A stretch of DNA of 64,000 nucleotides. Origin: Octopus bimaculoides. Its lineage: Eukaryota. Numbering within the stretch: the first letter of the stretch is position 1; each line of letters starts with the position of its first letter. The position numbers and the translations under genes were made by a program. The stretch covers positions 36,640,259-36,704,258 of the forward strand of contig NC_068993.1 in the NCBI RefSeq assembly GCF_001194135.2, written 5' to 3'. Shown here piece by piece: positions 25,591-37,318 of this stretch. Below the pieces are notes generated by a model. It was not told the DNA's origin, did no database searches, and saw only the letters and a program-made list of their open reading frames with translations.

Positions 25591-26661
25591 GCCACAAGGC
25601 TAGGCGCAGGGTCTAGGCACAGGTGTGGCTGTGTGATTAAGAAGTTTGCTTCCGAACCACAATTTCGGGGCAATCCCATTGTGTGACACTGCTATAGCCC
25701 CGGGCCAACAAAGGACTTGTGAGAGGATTTTGGTCGACGGAAATTGAAAGAAGACCGCCATATGTGCGTGCGTGTATAGATGTGTATGTTTGTGTCTCCT
25801 TGCCTTGACATCGCGTTGTGGTTGTAAATGAGTGTCACTATATCATTCATTGAGAATATACAAGTCTGGCTATGGGCAAATATTGCCTTGCTTAGAAAGG
25901 AGATGGTTGGCAACAAGAAAAACATCCAGCCGCAGAAAATCTGCCTCAAATAAATTCCTTCCAACCCAGGAAAAGAAAAGTGAACGTGAAAACAATGATG
26001 ATCATCATATTCTTCACATTTCAATCTGTTATATTGTTTGACCTGATAGAAAGCTAACAACCGTGAATCATTCCAGTTTTACATTTTCTGGAGTTCTCTT
26101 TTGCAATTTAGCATGGTCTTTCTTCCTTAGTTGTAGTGAGGAAAATCTTGGCCCCAACCACAAAGCAGTACGAGTCCATGAGAACATTTTCTGGGAAGTC
26201 ATTGATGTATATTTTACAAAAAGAAGTAGTACCAATATGGTTCCTTAAGCTATATTCCTGGGGTCACATTGTACATTGCTGTTTTCTGCTACTGAGAAAA
26301 TTTTCAGTACACTTTGATATCTAAACCTTCGTATATAGACGTACTAAATGTCTGTGTGATTAAGAAACTCGCTTCGCAACCACGTAGTTCAGGGTTCAGT
26401 CCTACTGCGAGGCACCTTGGGCAAATAATGTCTACTATAATCCCAGGCCAACCAATGTCTTGTGAGTGAATTTGGTAGACAGAAACTGTGTAGAAACCTG
26501 TCGTGTGTGTGTGCGTTTACTTCTTACCACCGCTTGACAAGAAGGTGTTGGTTTGTTTACGTCCCTGTAACTTAGCTGCAGTCCATGACTGAAAATTTCA
26601 TTTTGGGCTATTTTTCTACTCTTCAATAAAATCTTGTACCACTGACAACTGTGATCTAGAC

Positions 26662-26847
26662 CAATGCTCTGCAACCTTTTTTCAATTGCAGTACACTTTT
26701 AGTCTTTTCAAAATTCGGCGGTACACCTGGACCAAAAACATAACTAAAAGTATAGGGGGGGGAATTATAATTAGGTTACACTGCGGCACACCTAGCGTCG
26801 TTTCATGTCACACCAGTGTGCGGTGACATAACGATTGCGGAGCACTG
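26662..26847. mobile_element. hAT (Buster-type) MITE, 186 bp
   Basis: Imperfect TIRs CAATGCTCTGCAACC / CGATTGCGGAGCACTG; TSD ATCTAGAC / ATCGAGAC; internal GC(A/G)G(T/C)ACAC motifs. Confidence 0.7.
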
Positions 26848-27623
26848 ATCGAGACATCGAAAATTCTTTCTCTAATTATCGGCAATAGAGACTAAAGTCG
26901 CAAATGTTGAACAAAACTATGTTCCAAGTATTAGAACGATATGGCCCATGTAAGAGAAAGAGAACTTTTTTCTATTATATAAACCTCTAAATTGTTTAAG
27001 CAATACTTTTTGGTAAATTGAGATGTTCGAAGAAAGAAAGAGTTACCGCCTGTAAAGAATCCACAAGCATCTCTAAGAAATAGCATTGTAGTCTTCATCC
27101 ACAATGACCAGAGAGTTACCAATATCAATGTATGCCAAAACCAAACTGTATTGGCTTTGCGAGTATTTGACCATTAATATTTGGTAAATTAAGATTTTTG
27201 AAGAGAGAAAACTCCAAATTCTCTAATATACATCCCCAAACACTGTAGAATATGAATTTGGAAATCAACTATATTACTTCGCAGTTTACTTACTCGTTCC
27301 TTTTTCTTTACGTTCAGTCAGAGTTCAATCACGCTGTCAACTTTGCTTGTCGTCTCACTGGATTCGATAAAATGAAATACTCTTGTACTGGTTCGATATG
27401 ATTGACTAAACCCATTACCCAGATTTCTTGCCTATGTTACTACATAAACATAATCATTTATTTATCGTTTTCAACATGTAGATTAATGGAAACAAAATAC
27501 AGCCGATCAGATTAAAATTAAAACAACACAAGCACATATATAATGTGTGTGTTTAACTTTAAGCTGAAAATGTTCTCAATATTTTTGGTGGAGTGCATGT
27601 TTATTGAATTTTTACAAGAGGAG

Positions 27624-27706
27624 TAACTGTGACTTCGAAGTTTCGGCCTGTTAGATTTCGTCAGACAGTCTAACGAAGTTAACAGACCAAAACTTCGAAG
27701 ACAGTC
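27624..27706. repeat. Mini palindrome made of two degenerate hammerhead motifs head-to-head
   Basis: Minus arm: GACTGT CTGACGA aatctaacaggcc GAAAC TTCGAA GTC ACAGTT. Plus arm: CTAACGA agttaacagacc AAAAC TTCGAA GAC. Stem III is the palindrome ACTTCGAAGT; stem II is decayed. Confidence 0.5.
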
Positions 27707-29925
27707 ATCGTTCTTCGTGTGTGTGCTAGTGTGTGTGTGTGTGTGCTAGTGTTTGTGAGAAAAATTATATATATATATATATATATATTTAAAATTTATT
27801 AATGAAGGTAGAAATTGATATTGATCGATTAAAACCAGTGGTCTAGCATATTAAAAAAATCCGAAGAGCGCGAGAGGGGGATTTATTAGAGGTAGAAATT
27901 TTTCTAAGACAAAAGATGATTTTAGGAAAGATAAATAAAATAAAACAGGGGCGTAGCTCTGAGTTTGTTGTGTTTTATTGGTAAATTTTAGAAGATGAAA
28001 AGTGTGTGTGTGTGTGAAGTGAAATGAGGTTACATGTCAACATCGCAATACAATGTCACAAGTAGACAACTCACAAGGAAGCTAATATCAATTAAATCGG
28101 TAATTATTAGGGTCCTGCAATCAATGATTGATAATTATGTTGGTTTAGTTTATTATTACTTTTTTTTGTCTTCATCGTTATTGAGTTTGGTGTAAATATT
28201 TTTAATTGAACATTTTGTTTATTTTGTTTTATAAACTTATAAGTGAATTCAATGAGAAGTTTAGTAAGATGGATCATCTTCAAAATATACATACATACAT
28301 ACACACACTAAGATAGATAGATAGATAGATTATACATATAACGTAAACTTGTTATTTTTGCTAGATTTTTAACAAAGTCTTGGTAATTAGTAAAGCAAAA
28401 GCACCAATGAAATGACCGCACAATATTAAACAGTACAATAAATTAATTTATTGTAAGAAGTTAAATCAGCAACTTCTAAAACTTGACAGTTTACCGTTAG
28501 AGTTGCACGTCTGACAACAAACATGATAAATAGGAAAGAAAGAGAGAGAGAGACATTAGAATATTCAGGAAAAAAGAATTACATGCAGAGCTGAGTGGAT
28601 AAGGAAAATGTCAAGAGGAAGGTTTGAAAAAATCTGGTAAAAGGCTCGGTTTCCGGGAGGCATAGCTGAAGAAAAAGGCTTGGACTATTATGAAGATGGA
28701 AGTCTATTGACAATGTGATTCCCCATCACCGCCACAACAGACAACTCTACTTCTCTCTCTCTCTCTCTCTGTTTTCTCTAAATTTTTGACCGAAACATTT
28801 CGTATCCGTATTACATATACATATATACATATATGGTGTGTATACTCATATACTGTATGTATATACACTCATATACAATGAGTATACACACGCACATATA
28901 TTGTGTGTATAAACACATGCTGTTTATATGTACACGTATTGTATGTATATACACATTATATATATATAAATGCGTATATTGTGTAAATATATATTGCGTA
29001 TATATGTAGTGTACGTGAAACACACACAAATTAGATATTAAAAGAATAGTCCCAAAATTCAATAAACGGTATCATCGGTCAAATATATATACACACTGAG
29101 ACACCTTATATACTCAACATACACTGGAAATATACACACTGAAATATATACACTAACCAACACATTTCACCAGAGTGATAATTGACAAGAATACAAAAGT
29201 AAAAAAGGGGAAAAAACAACGCCCGCAGACAAATTGTGGGAGAAGAGGAGAAGGATAAAGTCAGATTTTGGCCATTTAAACATAACTCTACATCTTCTTT
29301 GTTGGGGTCCACAATTAATGAAGACAAGAAGACCTTCCTTTATTAAAGCTATTTATTGGCTCAATGAATTTAAAACTGGAGTTATTTCATAGATAGTGTG
29401 TATGTATGTGAGCGGTTGTTTGTATGTGGTTTCGGTATTGTGTGTGTGTGTCCAGAAGTAAAAATTCAACAACGTGCTTGTTAAATGTAAGTTGAAGTCG
29501 CTGATAAATAATAAGTTGCTATTAGTGAAGTAGCAAACACAAATCTAAGCAAATTGAAATTTGAAGTTAGAAAGCTCTCTGGCTTCGTTCAATGACAGAG
29601 GAATGTTTGAAGATCTGGAGAGATCTGAAACTATCTCTTGAAAAGAAAACGAGCTGGTCGTCCAAGTTTTTAATGGAATTTAAAGAATCTCAATCAAAGA
29701 TTTAAGGACGAAGTAGAAAAAGAATAAAAATTTAGCTAAGATATTATAGGAATAGACGTATATAATAATATGTATTATACACACTGCACGTGTGAATATG
29801 TAAATATATAGACACAGATATTGCTTGTATATAGGGTGGCTACTTTCAGAAATTGAAATTTTGTTCATTTGTCAATAAAAAGCAGAATAAATCTTTTGAA
29901 GAAAAACAATTTAAGAAGTACTTAC

Positions 29926-30027
29926 AGGCTGGAACAGTTTCCATGTTCCTAACTTCTTATGTTGATCTTGGTGTGGAGGGGATTTCACCATCCATCCCGA
30001 ATGTAATACAGAATCTAGTTTGTTCAT
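29926..30027 (-). CDS. GAB1: First coding exon of a GAB/DOS-family (GRB2-associated binder) adaptor; N-terminus of the PH domain
   Basis: ATG at 30027, 34 codons MNKLDSVLHSGWMVKSPPHQDQHKKLGTWKLFQP, then a phase-0 consensus donor CCT|GTAAGT. SGWxxKSPP at the extreme N-terminus is the hallmark start of GAB/DOS PH domains (human GAB1 VCSGWLRKSPP, fly Dos EGWLIKSPP). Vertebrate paralogue numbering is not meaningful here. Exon 2 was not found in the window. Confidence 0.85.
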
Positions 30028-30440
30028 ATTGCCTTAATTTCTTTTATGGCCTTATCGCCTCTCAAATTTACTTTCAAATGAACACATACACTCACATACG
30101 TATACATAGGCACACATAAATGTATATATATATATACATATATGTGTTTTAAATGATCTAGTTATATATTTCTGGTATTTCCTCGTAATATAACCATCAT
30201 CGTAGACGAATTATCCAGAGAAAAATTGAAGCGGGTATATTTTCCTCACACCAAAATGTAATCCATTTCATGTAAACAAATTCCTTTCTTTTTACCGTCT
30301 TATAAAAACAGATTTCCGTCTTGTCTCTTGTAATTTATTTTCGTAGTATACTTCGCCGTGATTTTCTTTTTTTTTTTTTTTTTTTTTGTCTCTTCTCAAC
30401 CAAAATATATACGGCTCAGTGTTCCTTCTCTAGCAAGCAA

Positions 30441-30479
<39 letters not shown>

Positions 30480-32398
30480 CACACACTTCCTTTTCGGAAT
30501 TATAAGGAAGGATAGATAGAGAGGTGTAATTAAACAATGCTAATTAAACAAGTACAGGACCGAGGTTGGAATATATATGTGTATATTTGTGTGTGTATAT
30601 ATTTCAAGGTGATGAGTGTTTGTAATTTTAAAAAAATAGATTTAAAAAAACATTATTAACAGAAGTGTGGGACGAAGATATTTGGTGGGAAGTAGTTGCC
30701 ACCAGAAAGAGCAGCGGTGCCGACGGAAGCTTATAATTTAGTTGCGGTGGCAGAAACACTATCAGTAGTAGTAGCAGCAGTAACAGCAGCAATGGTAATA
30801 GTGGTAGCAATAGTAGTAGTAGTAATTGCAATTGTATTATGATGACGATGATGATGATGACGACGACTATGCCGATGATAATGGTTAGTAAAATTTGCTT
30901 TGTGTCGTCGGTGGAATTGGCGTGTAAATAAAACGCTCATACACTTGAATGTGCATGTATGTATGTATATGTATATATATATATATATTAGAGAAGCTAT
31001 ATGGTAAAGAAATGAACGGGAAGCGAGACAAGACCAAAGTGTTGTGGATATTAAGTGGCCAACTGAGACATAGATGACCTCAGCTGGTCACCCAAACCAC
31101 AATAAATAACGAAATGAAATAACTGAGTTAATTTTTGGACTTAGTAATTCTTGGGGTGGAGGGGATACATGAAGGGGGAAAAAAAGATAATAAACCTAGC
31201 GAAATAATTTATTCTAATAAAATATTTTTTTCTTTTTATCTTTTTGATGAGGAGGGGGGTATTATTAGGTCTTTATGTTCAGTATGTGACTGATTGTATT
31301 ATTTAAATTGTTATTGACTGACTACTTTCTCCCCTTTCTTTTGTCATATTGTCTCTCTGTCTCTCCCCCAACAGGAAGATATAAGAAGTGGTGGGAACAG
31401 TCGTGTTTAAAAGAGGGTGAACTGAATGGATGCAATTAGTTCGAACCCATCTGTAGTGGCAACTAAAATGAGTGTGAGAGAGAGAAAGAATATAAAAGAA
31501 TAAGAAGGGTGTACGAATGTCTGAAGAGGTGAATGTAATTAGTGACGAAGGTACCTCGTCAGTAATGACACATGCGTTGAGGGAGAGAGAGAGGCAGACG
31601 GGAGACAGCAAGGGTCGGAGTTAAAAAAACAGTAAGAGGAAGGAGTGGAAATAGACGGAAAAAGAAAGATTGAACAGTTAGAAGAAACTTGACAAATTGC
31701 AGTAGCAGCTGACGAAAGTATTGTGGTCGGGATTTTACCAACGAAATAGGTAACAAACAAGATATAGACAACCGACTCATANNNNNNNNNNNNNNNNNNN
31801 NNNNNNNNNNNNNNNNNNNNNNNNNNNNNNNNNNNNNNNNNNNNNNNNNNNNNNNNNNNNNNNNNNNNNNNNNNNNNNNNNNNNNNNNNNNNNNNNNNNN
31901 NNNNNNNNNNNNNNNNNNNNNNNNNNNNNNNNNNNNNNNNNNNNNNNNNNNNNNNNNNNNNNNNNNNNNNNNNNNNNNNNNNNNNNNNNNNNNNNNNNNN
32001 NNNNNNNNNNNNNNNNNNNNNNNNNNNNNNNNNNNNNNNNNNNNNNNNNNNNNNNNNNNNNNNNNNNNNNNNNNNNNNNNNNNNNNNNNNNNNNNNNNNN
32101 NNNNNNNNNNNNNNNNNNNNNNNNNNNNNNNNNNNNNNNNNNNNNNNNNNNNNNNNNNNNNNNNNNNNNNNNNNNNNNNNNNNNNNNNNNNNNNNNNNNN
32201 NNNNNNNNNNNNNNNNNNNNNNNNNNNNNNNNNNNNNNNNNNNNNNNNNNNNNNNNNNNNNNNNNNNNNNNNNNNNNNNNNNNNNNNNNNNNNNNNNNNN
32301 NNNNNNNNNNNNNNNNNNNNNNNNNNNNNNNNNNNNNNNNNNNNNNNNNNNNNNNNNTATATATATATATATATATTACTGTATGTTTACAAAAGATT

Positions 32399-32489
32399 GA
32401 TAGTAATTTCGAAGTTTTGGTTCTATTGCCTTCGTGAGATTGTCAAACGAAGGGGAAGGCACCGGAGCCGAAACTTCGATGTCACTATC
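32399..32489. repeat. Second mini palindrome of two degenerate hammerhead motifs, same family as 27624-27706
   Basis: Plus arm: GATTGT CAAACGA aggggaaGGC(accgga)GCC GAAAC TTCGAT GTC ACTATC. Minus arm: CTCACGA a GGC(aataga)ACC AAAAC TTCGAA ATT ACTATC. Confidence 0.45.
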
Positions 32490-33878
32490 AACCTTTACCT
32501 TGTAAACATAATAAATGTGATATACTAATTAAATGTGTTCAGTGATCTTTCAATACATGCTTGATTTTACACATAACTGTATAACTATACATTAAAACAA
32601 ACCGTGTGTGTGTTTATATAAAAACATATGCATGAGTAATTGTTGTGTATACAAATTTACAAAATATACACACGTATTTATACAATTATACATACATACA
32701 TGTGCGCGCGCGCATTCATGCACATTTACCTACACAAATACATGTGTGACAAATATTCACACCATTCTTAGTCATATTTTTATGGGAAGGGCTCATAAAG
32801 TGATTTTTGATTGATCTAGTATATTATTGATCTCTTTAAACTATACACAAGGGTCATTTCCGAGGGTAAATATGACCAGTTCAATGAACCGTATAATTAT
32901 TTTAATTTCTATGAGAAGCAAAATCAACTAAAGTGTAATTTATATTCGTATCAATACGAAACTAAAACAGACATTGGTAAAAAGTATTGGGTCGAATAAC
33001 GGAGATAAGTCCATTATTGAACTGAAATTTATATGTGTGTTATGTATGTATGTATGATCTTGCCGGTGTTGGTGCCACGTAAAAAGCAGCCTGGCCAGTC
33101 TGTAAAGAGGATGGCGTTAGGAAGGGCATCCAACCGTAAAAACCATGTCAAAACAGACCTCGCCAGTGCTGGTGCCATGTAAAAGCACTCAGTCAACTCT
33201 GTAAGATGTATGGTGGTTGGTATTAGGAAGGGCATCCTGCCATAAAAACCATGCCAAAACAGACAGTGAAGCCTGGAACAGTCTTCTGCCTAGCCAGCTC
33301 CTGTCAAACCATGTAACCCATACCAGCATGTAAAACAGACATTAAATGTTGATTATGATGATGATGTTCGTCATCATCATCATCATCTTCTTCATCACTA
33401 TCATTTAACGTCCAAGTTTCATGCTGGTATAGGTTGGTTTGACAGGATCTGATGGGCCAAGGACTCTTGTGTTCCACTGTTGTTTGGCATAGTTTCCATG
33501 GCTGGATGCACTTCTTAAAGCCAATCACTTAACAATGGGTACTGGGTGCCTTTTTTTGTGCCATAAGCACAAGTGCATTCACAAAGCATCTTTCAAGACT
33601 ATGAACCTCGAATGTGAAGTAAAGTATGAGAAAAAAGGGCTGAAGTAAGCAGATTTCTTGCTGACAAGCTGTGTGACTACTCAAGTTTTAGAAGAGAGCA
33701 TGAGAGGAGTTAGAAATTAGTGATGAGGTGAACCTTCAAAGTATGCATGTGTGTGTGTGTGTGTGAATATGTGTGTATGTATGTTACAAAGTTGTAGTCA
33801 ACTCGTCAAATTGATTCTTCATGATAAATTTGAGTCACCCAATCAAATGTTCTGCTGTTATTTTAAAACTACTTTTAA

Positions 33879-34475
33879 CCCTTTAGCATTCAGATTGTTG
33901 TTGTTGGCACTCCATCGCTTACGACGTCGAGGGTTCCAGTTGATCCAATCAACAGAACAGCCTGCTTGTGAAATTAATGTGCAAGTGGCTGAGCACTCCA
34001 CAGACACGTGTACCCTTAATGTAGTTCTCAGGGATATTCAGCGGGACAAGGCTGACCCTTTGAATTACAGGCACAATAGAAACAGGAAGTAAGAGTGAGA
34101 GAAAGTTGTGGTGGAAGAGTACAGCAGGGTTTGCCACCATCCCCTGCTGGAGCCTCGTGGAGCTTTAGGTGTTTTCGCTCAATAAACACTCACAACGCCC
34201 GGTCTGGGAATCGAAACCGCGATCCTATGACCACGAGTCCACTGCCCTAACCACTGGGCCATTGCGCCTCCACAGCATTCAGATTATTATATTAAATATA
34301 ATGCCTTTTCATTCAAATTGTCTTCAATTAATCATGCATTATGTTATAGCCTTAAGGTTTTGATGATTTTTAGAATGTCTATGTAAATTGGGTGTGAGAG
34401 GCCAGATATGGCCAGTTTGAACATAAAGCATGTAGAATATTTGGGCTAGATATGACCAGTTTAAATGTTAAAGGG
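33879..34475. mobile_element. piggyBac-like MITE (TTAA|CCCTT...AAGGG|TTAA) with a SINE nested inside
   Basis: TTAA at 33875-33878 and 34476-34479. Related copies at 34948-35296 (with a nested (GAT)n-tailed repeat), 52015-52213 and about 9761-9978. Confidence 0.7.
33897..34273 (-). mobile_element. Young full-length tRNA-derived SINE with (CAA)n tail
   Basis: Head GGAGGCGCAATGGCCCAGTGGTTAGGGCAG...GGTTTCGATTCCC (A and B boxes); 12-bp TSD AGCATTCAGATT at 33885-33896 and 34274-34285. Confidence 0.85.
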
Positions 34476-34643
34476 TTAAAATAACAACTTTGATTTCAAG
34501 CACTCATGCACATGCACACACACACACACACATGTTATACACTCGTGAGTGTGTTGTGATACATCAAACACAGTAATGTTTGCAACCATCTTGCTTACAG
34601 CTCTGCCACTTACTAACCCATTTGGTTTAGCAAGAAGTATTCT

Positions 34644-34674
<31 letters not shown>

Positions 34675-34947
34675 CTTCCCTTCTAGTATATAACCCCTCC
34701 CTCACAAAGACTTATCCCACCTCCCCATGGCCAATAATGATAACCAGGTGCTTTACAGGCCTAAGACTAACTTAGCAAATCTCAGAAACAGCAATGAGCT
34801 CCAGAGACCCAGTAGACAAGCTAACCCACTCTGGTGGATATGCCCTAACACTTATCAACTCCTGTCCTGTTGCCTTGTGGGTATGAATCCAGGAAAAGAA
34901 AGGCTTAGAAGTATAACCTGAGAGAAAAACAAGGAGGTCAGCTTTAA

Positions 34948-35296
34948 CCCTTCAGTGTTTAAACTGGTCAGATCTGGCCTCTCACACATACTTTACAATG
35001 CTATTCTAATGATAAACAATCCCACCATCAAAATCTTGAAGCCACAAGATAATGCATGTTTAATTCAAAACTATATGAATAAATATGCATTACATGTCAG
35101 TACATCCTGTGGAGTAGTTGAGGTTAAGAAGAGCATCCAGCCATAGAAACCATGCAAGAACAGGCAATGGAGCCTGGTATGGCCACTGGCCTTACCAGCT
35201 CTGATCAAACCATCCAACCCTTGCCAGCATGGAAAACAGATATTAAATGATGATGATGATGATGATGGATTTGAGAGTAATCTGATTGCTAAAGGG
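34948..35296. mobile_element. piggyBac-like MITE, second copy, opposite orientation
   Basis: TTAA at 34944-34947 and 35297-35300; CCCTT/AAGGG ends; interrupted at about 35100-35270. Confidence 0.65.
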
Positions 35297-35955
35297 TTAA
35301 TGTAGTTTGTGATGGTCTGGATTTCTAGTAGCTTCCTGCAGCCAAAAGGAAGTACCAGTCGTTTTATGTTAACCTTGCCATTGGATTTATCTCCTTTACA
35401 GTAAAGACAGTAATACTGGGTAATGCATATACGCTAATCTCACAATAAAGCATTATTATCTTCTGCATTGTGGATCAAGGATCTTGGAGTTGAGTGTAGT
35501 TGTCATTGCAACAATCAGGGTATCAGTTAAGGTCTGCAGTTGCTGAGTGTTTGGTTTGAGAGGAAAAGTTCTTTTCTCAAATCTTACATAACTTCTGTTG
35601 CCATAACAACTAGGCAGAGAAAGATTACCCCATGCTTTATCGATGAAGCAAGGTGATAAATCAGATGATTTTGTACAAGTGGTTGTGGTACACCATTCAG
35701 TGCTAATGTGACCTGTCAGATGACTTTTCAAAAGGTACCTTGCTCATTATTTGCCTGTAGCCGGTATGTGTGTGTATATATATATATATATATAAAAAGC
35801 AGTTGTTTACTGTCAACTTAATGTGACAGACCCATTAAGGAAATCATACTGCTGCTATTTAGCCCTAGGAAGCTGGACCGCTTCCTGTTGGCCTTGACAC
35901 ATTTCCTGTGTCCTTATATTTGTGAAGGGGAGACAAGCTTCCCCACCCAGCTTTA

Positions 35956-36014
35956 GTCTGCATTCAGGGACATGTTTCTGAGTCATTGCTCGTCATCAGC
36001 CTGAAGTAGCAGAC
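35956..36014 (-). ncRNA. Type I hammerhead ribozyme, near-canonical
   Basis: Minus strand: GTCTGC-tac-TTCAGG | CTGATGA | c GAG(caatga)CTC a | GAAA C-at-G TC^ | CCTGAA-t-GCAGAC. Two 6-bp stem I helices with an internal loop, intact core, GUC cleavage triplet, palindromic stem III (ACATGT). Confidence 0.85.
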
Positions 36015-36486
36015 CAGCTGGTTGAAAAAACCTGTCTAGCTGTAACCAGTGAATGTGTTTGCACTGAAAATATATGTATTTGTGAACTAGACATATCTTC
36101 AGTTTCTCTAAACAATAATTGTTCTCTGCAAAGAATGTTTTTAAAAACACAAGAACGCTGGTGATAGTTGAAGAAATATTCCTCTGAAAAAACTTTGGCT
36201 GAACAAGTTGTCTTCCTTCACTAAATAGCTAGGTTTGCCAATTTTGAAGTAAAAATTTCCGAAAATGTGGACAACTCCCCACGGCTTCCGTCCTGGAGTT
36301 CAGGTAGCCTCCTGGCTCATGTGAGTTCATAAGGATTATATATTTTTCTGCCATACACAATTTACATAGTCATGTTCCATTGCAATAGGGTCTACAAGTT
36401 TCTTGTAATTTCCACCTGATGCTAAAGGGCATATGATCATCCTTTAGGCACCATACGCTTAGGCTTCACACTCCTCTTCTCCCTAA

Positions 36487-37131
36487 ATGTCTGGACATAC
36501 ACAGGTAAGATTTGTTTTTAGGTTAGTTGATAAGCATTTCACGCAATCACACAAATATAGAAAGATCTTTAACAGACATAATTTAAGGATCTCTTTCAAT
36601 TGTGCACCAAATGTTAAGAAAAAATTACTTAGCACTCCTAAACCACAGACAGAGGCAAGTTGTTCATGCAGGATTAGAAATGAATGCCCAGTGGATGGCC
36701 GATGTAACACCGAGGCTACAGTGTATCAAGCAGAGGTAGCCTCAAAAAGGAGCAGCACAAATATCAGTAACAACATTGCCAACACAGGGACACACACTAA
36801 AATTTATGTCGGATCTTGTGAATCCAAATTTAAAATTTGCCTGAACAACTCCCAATCTTCTTTCAGGGTCCCAGAGAGATGCAACACGACATTCGCAGCA
36901 TACGTATGGCACCTAAAGGACAATCATACACCCTTTAGCATTAGGTGGAAATTACTAGAAACTTGTAGACCCTATCGCAATGGAACAAGACTATGTAAAT
37001 TGTGTATGGCAGAAAGACATATAATCCTTATGAATTCACATGAGCCAGGAGGCTACCTGAACTCCAGGATAGAAGCTGTGGGAAGTTGTCCACATTTTCG
37101 GAAATTTTTACTTCAAAATTGGAAAACTTAG
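36487..37131 (+). CDS. C-terminal ~215 aa of a PLE polyprotein: end of RT thumb region plus GIY-YIG endonuclease (fragment, no true start)
   Basis: RLVDKHF..HKYRKIFNRHNLRISFNC.PN, CSCR...CPVDGRC, bipartite TVYQAEV...KIYVGSCESKFK, YVWHLK, I.W.LL, C.LC.AER..I, LNSR.E...CPH. This is the cysteine-rich GIY-YIG arrangement typical of invertebrate PLEs; stop-free to 37131. Confidence 0.8.
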   Translation: MSGHTQVRFVFRLVDKHFTQSHKYRKIFNRHNLRISFNCAPNVKKKLLSTPKPQTEASCSCRIRNECPVDGRCNTEATVYQAEVASKRSSTNISNNIANTGTHTKIYVGSCESKFKICLNNSQSSFRVPERCNTTFAAYVWHLKDNHTPFSIRWKLLETCRPYRNGTRLCKLCMAERHIILMNSHEPGGYLNSRIEAVGSCPHFRKFLLQNWKT

Positions 37132-37237
37132 CTATCAAGCGAAGGAAGACAACTCGTTCAGCCATAATTTTTTCAGAGGAATATTTCTTCAACTATCATC
37201 ATCGTTCTTGTGTTTCTAAAAAACATTCTTTGCAGAG

Positions 37238-37318
37238 AACAGTTATCATTTAGAGAAACTGAAGATATGTCTAGTTCATGCTAGATATGAAACCAATGGT
37301 TTTTTTTCTAAAACTGTT
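37238..37318 (+). ncRNA. Type I hammerhead ribozyme in the PLE 3' region
   Basis: AACAGTT-atca-TTTAGAGAAA | CTGAAGA (37259-37265) | t ATGTCTAG(ttcatg)CTAGATAT | GAAA CC-aat-GG T T^ | t TTTTTCTAAA...AACTGTT. Long bulged stem I and 8-bp stem II. The cleavage triplet reads GUU and the T-run has one extra T. Confidence 0.7.
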
